A stretch of 64,000 nt of DNA, from assembly GCA_964651705.1 (NCBI GenBank), contig CAZYWZ010000023.1, positions 4,412 to 68,411 on the forward strand, in the 5' to 3' direction. A program made the translations under genes and the position numbers. The notes under the pieces are model-generated. The model made no database searches and was not told where the DNA came from. It saw only the letters and a program-made list of their open reading frames with translations. Positions 9,362 to 16,405 of the stretch are shown piece after piece (position 1 is the stretch's first letter; every line of letters begins with the position of its first letter). The DNA comes from an uncultured Verrucomicrobiales bacterium. GTDB lineage: Bacteria > Verrucomicrobiota > Verrucomicrobiia > JADLBR01.

Positions 9362-10642
9362 ATGGTCGATCAGGAATCGTTGCACGAACCCCCCGGCACC
9401 GGGCTCCACGCCTCGCGCCGGGACTTCATCCGGGCCGCGCTCGCCGCCGCCGCGCCCGCGATGGCGACGGCGCCCGCAAGGGCACAGGTGCCCAATGCGT
9501 CCCCCGCCACCGAGCCGCCCAGACTTTCCAAGAGATTCAAGATCGGCATCATCGGCCTCGGGCACCGCGGCAATCACGTCGCCAAGTTTTTCCTGAAACA
9601 TGGCGGGTACGAGATCCATGCCGCGGCCGACTATTTCCAGGAGGCGGTCGACCAGTTTGGCGACTTACATGGCGTGGATAGGGCACGCCGCTTTGTCGGC
9701 CTGGGTGGCTACAAGAAGCTCATCGATTGCGGCGTGGACATCGTCGCCATCGAGCACATGCCGTATTTCATGCCAGAGCACGCCGCCGCCGCCATCGCTG
9801 CCGGCAAGCACATCTACATGGCCAAGCCGGTGGCCGTGGATGTGCCGGGCACACTGAAGATCGGCGAACTGGGCAAGGAGGCCACGCGAAAGAACCTCTG
9901 CTTCATGGTGGATTACCAGGCCCCGACCGACCCCTCCAATGCCGAGGTGCGCCAGCGCGTGCTCGACGGCGGCCTCGGCAAACTCGCCTACGTCTGCACG
10001 TACGGCAACGCCAAGCGCTGGCGCGAGCCGACGCCGGAGACCCCAAAAGAAGAGTACCTGCGCAACACCCTCTGGCTCCACCATGTCGAACTGGCCGCGG
10101 ACGCCTGCGTCTCCTACGACATCCACGCCATCGACACCGCCGTGTGGGTGCTCGGGAAGAGGCCCGCGGTCGCCATGGGTTTCGCCGAGACCCGGCGCGC
10201 CGACGCGTTCCTCTCGGGCCGCGACTCCGTCCACTGCGTCATGCAGTTCGACGACGGCCTCACCTGGGTCCACCAGCACCAGTCGTTGAAGAACCAGTCC
10301 GATCTGACCGGCGGCGCCAGCCTCTGCTGCAAGATCTACGGCACCGATGCCTGCGCCGTCCTGCCCTATGGCGAAAAGGCGTTCGTCCGCGGCGGCCCGA
10401 AGCATTTCGTCGGCCCGGTGGACAATCTCTACGCCGAGGGCGTCGCCCGCAACGTCGCCCAATTCTACACCGCCCTGACGGAGGGCCACTTCGAGAATCC
10501 CACCGTCGCGCGCTCCGTGGACAGCCACCTCGCCGCCATCCTGATGCGCGAGGCGAGCTATCGCCGGGGGCGTCTCACCATGGACGAGCTGCTGATGGAG
10601 TACAAGAGACTCGAGTTCGACGTCACCGGCCTCAAGGCATGA
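9362..10642 (+). CDS. Gfo/Idh/MocA-family NAD(P)-dependent oxidoreductase with a Tat signal (possibly GH109-like)
   Basis: Tat motif SRRDFIRAALAAAAPAMATAPARAQ. Rossmann start KIGIIGLGHRGNHVAKFF. The track ORF begins at 9023 in the same frame, but the Met at 9362 sits directly before the twin-arginine signal. Confidence 0.75.
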   Translation: MVDQESLHEPPGTGLHASRRDFIRAALAAAAPAMATAPARAQVPNASPATEPPRLSKRFKIGIIGLGHRGNHVAKFFLKHGGYEIHAAADYFQEAVDQFGDLHGVDRARRFVGLGGYKKLIDCGVDIVAIEHMPYFMPEHAAAAIAAGKHIYMAKPVAVDVPGTLKIGELGKEATRKNLCFMVDYQAPTDPSNAEVRQRVLDGGLGKLAYVCTYGNAKRWREPTPETPKEEYLRNTLWLHHVELAADACVSYDIHAIDTAVWVLGKRPAVAMGFAETRRADAFLSGRDSVHCVMQFDDGLTWVHQHQSLKNQSDLTGGASLCCKIYGTDACAVLPYGEKAFVRGGPKHFVGPVDNLYAEGVARNVAQFYTALTEGHFENPTVARSVDSHLAAILMREASYRRGRLTMDELLMEYKRLEFDVTGLKA

Positions 10643-10721
10643 GGGCACGGGTCAAGAATCGTTATCCCAAGGTCAAGAATAGCCATTCCCCGGAGGCCGG
10701 AACGGTGACAGCATACGGTCC

Positions 10722-12536
10722 ATGCTCGGTGGAGGGACGAAGGCCGTGAGACAGATCCTCCCAATCGTCGCGGCCATGCCGCTGGCGCCGCTGGCCGCGC
10801 TGCACGCCGCGGATGCGCCTGCCGCGAAGCCCAACATCCTGATCGTCCTGACGGACGACCAGGGATACGGGGATTTTTCCTTCTCGGGCAACCCGAGGCT
10901 GAAGACGCCCCATCTCGATCGCCTTCACGAGCGCAGCATCCGATTGACCGACTTTCATGTCGCGCCGATGTGTACGCCGACCCGAAGCCAGCTCATGACC
11001 GGAGTCGACGCGGCGCGCAACGGGGCGTTCATGGCATGCTCCGGATACTCCTCGATCCGCCCGGGCATCCCGACCCTGCCCGAGATCCTCCGCGCGAACG
11101 GCTACCGGACCGGCCTCTTCGGAAAATGGCACCTTGGCGACAACGCGCCGCACCGCCCGATGGACAGGGGCTTCGACCACGCGGTGTGGCACAAGGGGTG
11201 GGGCATCTCGTCGGTGCCCGATCGATGGAACAACGACTATTTTGACGACACGTACTGGGTCAATGACGAGACGAAGGCCTTTCGAGGATACTGCACGGAT
11301 ATCTGGTTTGACGAGGCGATGGCCTGGATGGGCGCATGCGGACGGGACCGCGCGCCGTTCTTCGCCTACCTGTCGCTCAACGCCCCTCACGGCCCACTGT
11401 TTGTCGCGGACAACTACCGGCAGCCCTATGCCGACCTCCCCCGCCCGCTGGCCACCTTCTTCGGCATGATCGCCAACATCGACGAGAACATGGGGCGGCT
11501 GGAGGACATGTTGGAGCGGTCCGGGCTGGACGACAACACCATCCTGATCTTCATGACCGACAACGGCGGGACGGTCGGCGTGCGGTTCTACAACGCGGGC
11601 ATGCGGGGCGGGAAGATGAGCCTGTACGACGGGGGCCACCGGGTGCCGTGCCTAATCCGCTGGCCGGCCGGGAACCTCGCGCCGCCGGGGGATCGCGGGG
11701 GATTGACGCTGGTTCAGGACATCGCGCCCACCCTGTTCGATTTTTGCGGCATCGGGGCGCGGCCCGACGTGGACGGCATCAGTCTCGCGGCGCTGCTCCG
11801 GGGGCGGGCGCTTCCCGCGTTGGAGTCGAGGATCGCGGTCGTTCAATACGGAAATCAGCCATGGCACTCGCTGGAACTTCCCGTCCGGCACGATGCCTGT
11901 GTGATGTGGCGGTCGTGGCGGCTGGTCAAGGGCGAGGAGCTGTACGACATCGCCTCCGATCCGTCCCAGAAGCGGGACGTCGCGGCGGACCATCCGCCCA
12001 TCGTCGATCGAATGCGCGCGCACTACGAAACGTGGTGGAGTCAGGTCGAGCCTCGAGTCTACGGGCCGGCGATTCCGATCGGGATCGGCTGCGGTCGCGA
12101 GAGGGAAACCCTGCTGACGTCCCACGACTGGATGACGCTGAACACCGCCAACCAGAGCAACGTGCGGGAGGGCGCCAACCGATCGGGCGCTTGGGCCGTC
12201 GAGGCGGCGCGGGCCGGAACCTACACGTTCCGGTTGTACCGATGGCCGAAGGAATCCGGATTGGCCATGCGCGAGGCGGCCCCGGAGTATCTGGGCGTCG
12301 ACGGCGTTTTTCCCGCGGGCGCAGCGCTGCCAATCCGCCGCGCGAATCTAAGGATCGACGCGCAGGAATACACCGCGGAAGTCCGGGAAGGCGATGTGTT
12401 CGCCGAATTCGCCGTGCCGCTCCCCGCGGCACCCGTCGTGGTCCAGACCGCGCTCTACGACGACAGGCGGAACCGGCTCTGCGGGGCATATTACGTCTCG
12501 GTCGAAGGACCCCGGCCGACTGGGGGCCACGACTGA
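10722..12536 (+). CDS. Sulfatase (Cys-type)
   Basis: Signal peptide. NILIVLTDDQGYGD. Motif APMCTPTRSQLMTG. GKWHLG. Confidence 0.85.
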   Translation: MLGGGTKAVRQILPIVAAMPLAPLAALHAADAPAAKPNILIVLTDDQGYGDFSFSGNPRLKTPHLDRLHERSIRLTDFHVAPMCTPTRSQLMTGVDAARNGAFMACSGYSSIRPGIPTLPEILRANGYRTGLFGKWHLGDNAPHRPMDRGFDHAVWHKGWGISSVPDRWNNDYFDDTYWVNDETKAFRGYCTDIWFDEAMAWMGACGRDRAPFFAYLSLNAPHGPLFVADNYRQPYADLPRPLATFFGMIANIDENMGRLEDMLERSGLDDNTILIFMTDNGGTVGVRFYNAGMRGGKMSLYDGGHRVPCLIRWPAGNLAPPGDRGGLTLVQDIAPTLFDFCGIGARPDVDGISLAALLRGRALPALESRIAVVQYGNQPWHSLELPVRHDACVMWRSWRLVKGEELYDIASDPSQKRDVAADHPPIVDRMRAHYETWWSQVEPRVYGPAIPIGIGCGRERETLLTSHDWMTLNTANQSNVREGANRSGAWAVEAARAGTYTFRLYRWPKESGLAMREAAPEYLGVDGVFPAGAALPIRRANLRIDAQEYTAEVREGDVFAEFAVPLPAAPVVVQTALYDDRRNRLCGAYYVSVEGPRPTGGHD

Positions 12537-12661
12537 ATGACAGGCCGCCCGAACGACCCAGGGCGAGTTCAAGCAGGACGGGGATGAGAACGTTTCGCGC
12601 CTGCCCGCAAACCCAAGAGAACCCGGCGTTCCCGACAACACCCTCATCATCCATACACGAG

Positions 12662-14167
12662 ATGAACCACGCCTATGGTAGTCCCGAAAACGCCGACATC
12701 GCGCTGGAGTTGCTGGATGCCCCGCATTACACCGGCAACGATCTCGTGGCGCTGATCAACGGCACCGGCCACAAAGTCACGATCACAAAACCCGACGGCA
12801 AACCGCTCGCGGCAGACTTGAAGATCGTCTGCGGCCAGACCCACCGCGCTGACGCGGAGGACGTTGGCAAGACCTTTGCAAAAGGGATCGGCCTCAAACA
12901 GATCTTCTCAATTCTTGCCACGCTGACCGTCCTACAAGCCGCTGCCCTCGAGCCACCGCAGTGGGACATTGCCATGCTTTCTAAACCACCGTCGGCAGTC
13001 GAGGCGCAGGAAGGCAAGGTTGAAGGCTTGCAGTCTCTCTTCCTCGACGGCCTACCCTACAAGGGACGGCCAACAAAGTTCTATGCGTATCTGGGATTTC
13101 CCACCAACGCGACCGGCAAGGTGCCGGCCGTAGTGCTTGTTCACGGCGGCGGCGGCACGGCGACTGCGCCATGGGCGAAGTATTGGGTCGCGAAAGGCTA
13201 CGCCGCACTTTCGCTCGACACCGAGGGCCATCTGCCGGTGAAAGCCTGCGACCGGAAACCCGGTGATCCCGGCTGGAAGACGATGGACAGTCTGGGTCAG
13301 CCGTGGGGTGGGCAACCGCGGCGGCCGAAAGGCTTTGCCGATCCCGCTTTACCACCGGAGGAACAATGGCTGTATCACGCTGTGGCGGACTCGATCTTGT
13401 CCATCTCATTTCTAACGTCACGCCCTGAAGTGGACGCAAACCGCATCGGGATCGTTGGCATCTCGATGGGGTCGGTTGTGTGCAGCATCGTGGGCGGTCT
13501 CGACCAGCGGTTGGCCTTTGTCGTTCCGCAATACATCGGCGGCAACAACGATCTCGGCAACGTCTGGTATGCCATTATCAAAGAGCACCCCGACGTCATG
13601 CGCTTGGACCCCGCGAACTTCTACCGCCAGCCCAAAGGCAAAGCGCACTGGCTCTGGATCAACGGCGACAACGACAAATACGGCCTGCCGCCCATGACCA
13701 CGAAATCCTGGCGCGAAACGGGCCCAAACTCATGGATGACGCTTCTTCCGACACAAGGCCACGGCGGCGCCTTCGGCGAGACCGGCCCGAACGCCCTGCG
13801 CGAAATCTACGCCTTTGCCGACAGTGTCACGCGCGGCATTCCGCCGTTGGCGCGCATCCTCAGCACGGCGCGTGTGAACAACTCTGTCACGCTGATCTGG
13901 CGTGAAGCCACACCCGTGACGCGATCTCAGATCATCCACACAACCGAGGCGATCCCTACTGTAGCGATCAGCGGCGACATCCGCAAAGATTGGCCGACGG
14001 TGAACTGGCACATGCAGGACATGCCGCTGCCAAAAGTGATCAGGCTGCCCGACGGCGGGCTGCGAGCCGACTTCCCATTGCCCGCTGGCGTGAAAGCCGC
14101 CTACATCAACCTGATTGATAAGCGAGGCCTTGCCGTGTCGAGCGATTTCCTTTTCGTCCAGCCCTAA
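12662..14167 (+). CDS. Alpha/beta-hydrolase esterase (acetyl-xylan-esterase / dienelactone-hydrolase-like)
   Basis: GxSxG nucleophile elbow GISMGSV. Putative Asp in NGDNDKYG and His in TQGHGG. VVLVHGGGG oxyanion region. Lower GC than the surroundings. The track ORF 11336..14167 extends upstream through a region that overlaps the preceding sulfatase; start taken at the first in-frame ATG after that gene. Confidence 0.5.
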   Translation: MNHAYGSPENADIALELLDAPHYTGNDLVALINGTGHKVTITKPDGKPLAADLKIVCGQTHRADAEDVGKTFAKGIGLKQIFSILATLTVLQAAALEPPQWDIAMLSKPPSAVEAQEGKVEGLQSLFLDGLPYKGRPTKFYAYLGFPTNATGKVPAVVLVHGGGGTATAPWAKYWVAKGYAALSLDTEGHLPVKACDRKPGDPGWKTMDSLGQPWGGQPRRPKGFADPALPPEEQWLYHAVADSILSISFLTSRPEVDANRIGIVGISMGSVVCSIVGGLDQRLAFVVPQYIGGNNDLGNVWYAIIKEHPDVMRLDPANFYRQPKGKAHWLWINGDNDKYGLPPMTTKSWRETGPNSWMTLLPTQGHGGAFGETGPNALREIYAFADSVTRGIPPLARILSTARVNNSVTLIWREATPVTRSQIIHTTEAIPTVAISGDIRKDWPTVNWHMQDMPLPKVIRLPDGGLRADFPLPAGVKAAYINLIDKRGLAVSSDFLFVQP

Positions 14168-14182
14168 TCCACGTTACCACTA

Positions 14183-14479
14183 ATGGAATACACAATCCTT
14201 ACCGTCCTTACCGCTTTGCTGCTTGCGCCGCTGGCGATGACAATTCCGCTTTACGGCATAAGCGCAAAGGAGATCATGTATGCATCCGGCGTTGCGGGCG
14301 GACTGGCTATTCAATTTTCCTTCCGCAACGACACCCTCACCGCCGAACTGCTGGCGAATGATCGCTATGTTGTCAAGGGGCTGGAAGCGGAAAGAAAATG
14401 CAAGAGGATGCAGGAAATGCCGGAGCAAGACCAGTCCTTCAATGCAGCGGAAAAGGTAAGTCGCGAGAGTGACGTATGA
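14183..14479 (+). CDS. Small hypothetical protein (98 aa) with an N-terminal hydrophobic segment
   Basis: ORF in the low-GC island (MEYTILTVLTALLLAPLAMTIPLYG...). Its last codons plus stop are part of the 27-bp repeat shared with 16341-16367. Confidence 0.35.
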   Translation: MEYTILTVLTALLLAPLAMTIPLYGISAKEIMYASGVAGGLAIQFSFRNDTLTAELLANDRYVVKGLEAERKCKRMQEMPEQDQSFNAAEKVSRESDV

Positions 14480-16311
14480 TGACAAGAGCAGTGCGGTGTT
14501 TTTGTATGTTGGCATTGGTGGGGCATGCCTCCGGCGGCACGTATCATGTGGCCAAGGATGGCTCCGACAGCAACGATGGATCCGTCAGAAAACCCTTTTT
14601 TACGATCCAGCGGGCGGCGGATGTTGCGCAGCCGGGGGACACCATCATCGTCCATGAAGGGGTGTACCGCGAGCGGGTCAACCCGCCGCGCGGGGGGACA
14701 TCCGATGAGCGGCGCATCACCTATCAGGCTGCGCCTGGCAAAAAGGTGGTGATCACCGGTGCCGAAGTGGTCACCGGCTGGGAAAAGGTGCAGCACGACA
14801 CCTGGAAGGTGACGCTTCCCAACCGCCTTTTCGGTGACTTTAATCCGTTTGCCGATCTGATTCAGGGTGCTTGGTTCGATCGCAAGGGCAGGGATCACCA
14901 CACCGGCGCGGTCTATTTGAACGGGCATTGGCTGACCGAAGCGGCTGGTTTAAGTGAGGTCATGCCGTCTGCCGGGACAGCACCGCTCTGGTTCGGACAG
15001 GTGGATGAGCAGAACACCACCATCCACGCCCAGTTTCCGGGGGTTGATCCGAATAAGGAATTGGCGGAAGTCAATGCGCGCCAAACCGTATTTTATCCGG
15101 ATCAGCCGGGCCGTAACTATATTACGGTGCGCGGGTTTACACTGACTCAGGCGGCCACGCCGTGGGCGCCTCCGACGACCGAACAGATCGGCCTGATTGG
15201 AACGCACTGGAGTAAAGGATGGATTATCGAGGACAACACCATCAGTTATTCGACCTGCTCCGGAATGACCTTGGGGGCTAAGAATATGGGGAAGTATGCC
15301 GGGACCGCTCTCGGATACATAGAACAGATCCAATATGCGACTACGGATGAGGGGGGGTGGACCCGGGATAATATCGGCCATCACATCGTCCGCAGAAACA
15401 AGATTATTCATTGCGAAATGGCGGGCATTCACGGCAGTATGGGCGGGGCCTTCAGTCTGATTGAAAACAATGAGATCTCCTATATCTGGGTCCGTCGACA
15501 GTTTAGTGGTATGGAGCAGGGAGGGATCAAACTGCTCGGCGGGGTGGATTCGGTGATTCGCAACAATTTGGTTCATAACACAAGGCACGGAATTTGGCTG
15601 GATTGGATGGGGCAGGGCTCGGAGGTCAGCGGGAATGTGTGCTTCGCCAATGATTCCGACCTATATCTCGAGGTTAACCACGGGCCGGTGTTGGTTGCGA
15701 ATAATATATTTTTGTCGCCTATCGCGCACAAGAGTATATCACGGGGAACGGCATATGCGCACAACCTGTTTGCCGGACGTTTCTTCGTGACGGATACGGC
15801 GCGGAAGACCCCGTATCTCAAACCCCATTCGACGAGTGTGGCGGGATATCATGCCAATGCTCCGGGGGATGACCATTTTTATAACAACCTCTATTTTGTA
15901 AACTCTCCAGTAATTAAAACCTTTTACGTATTTCGCGAATATATTGATCCTGAACTTCCGGTGACAATGCGGGATAATCTCTACATGGGGGTGTTGCCTC
16001 ATCCCGATGACGTCAGTCCGATGGTGCAAACCAAAGAGGTCCCCATTTTGAAACCGGTGCAGAAGGCGGACGGAATCTATATTGAATGGGCCAGCCGTGC
16101 TGAATGGACGAACACGACCCGTCAGGTCGTGACCTCCGACCTGCTCGGCCGTGCCGGCGTGTCCGGTGCGCGTTATGAGCAACCGGACGGATCACCGATT
16201 CGGGTGAACCGCGATTATTTTGGACACCCGCGCAACGAAAAGAATCCGCTGCCGGGTCCGTTCGAACTGCCGCCGGGCAAGGTGCTGCTGAAAATCTGGC
16301 CCAAAGAGTGA
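14476..16311 (+). CDS. Right-handed parallel beta-helix repeat protein (pectate-lyase-fold; candidate polysaccharide lyase/hydrolase)
   Basis: Signal peptide MMTRAVRCFCMLALVGHASG. N-terminus GTYHVAKDGSDSNDGSVRKPFFTIQRAADVAQPGDTIIVHEGVYRE typical of beta-helix (DUF1565/pectin-lyase-fold) proteins. Repeated NN-[IV]..N motifs. Confidence 0.55.
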   Translation: MMTRAVRCFCMLALVGHASGGTYHVAKDGSDSNDGSVRKPFFTIQRAADVAQPGDTIIVHEGVYRERVNPPRGGTSDERRITYQAAPGKKVVITGAEVVTGWEKVQHDTWKVTLPNRLFGDFNPFADLIQGAWFDRKGRDHHTGAVYLNGHWLTEAAGLSEVMPSAGTAPLWFGQVDEQNTTIHAQFPGVDPNKELAEVNARQTVFYPDQPGRNYITVRGFTLTQAATPWAPPTTEQIGLIGTHWSKGWIIEDNTISYSTCSGMTLGAKNMGKYAGTALGYIEQIQYATTDEGGWTRDNIGHHIVRRNKIIHCEMAGIHGSMGGAFSLIENNEISYIWVRRQFSGMEQGGIKLLGGVDSVIRNNLVHNTRHGIWLDWMGQGSEVSGNVCFANDSDLYLEVNHGPVLVANNIFLSPIAHKSISRGTAYAHNLFAGRFFVTDTARKTPYLKPHSTSVAGYHANAPGDDHFYNNLYFVNSPVIKTFYVFREYIDPELPVTMRDNLYMGVLPHPDDVSPMVQTKEVPILKPVQKADGIYIEWASRAEWTNTTRQVVTSDLLGRAGVSGARYEQPDGSPIRVNRDYFGHPRNEKNPLPGPFELPPGKVLLKIWPKE

Positions 16312-16405
16312 CGAATTCTCAGAGGCAATACGTTAATCCAGAGAGTGATCTATGATGACAAGAGCAGGCTGGATAAGATCGGGTAGGCTTTTTTGGAGAT
16401 TTCAC

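Noticed and set aside
11336-12661. Upstream 440-codon extension of the esterase ORF
   Set aside because: It overlaps the sulfatase gene 10722..12536 in another frame and is Arg/Gly/Pro-rich with no domain. The esterase-like sequence only begins after 12662.
16352-16405. Track start MMTRAGWIRSGRLFWRFH for the sulfatase-glycosidase-like fusion gene
   Set aside because: These 18 codons lie within the duplicated 27-bp junction and are followed by a perfect signal peptide starting at Met 16406 (MDLTLLAALLLTTLPALGTADA). The upstream extension is probably a by-product of the duplication.
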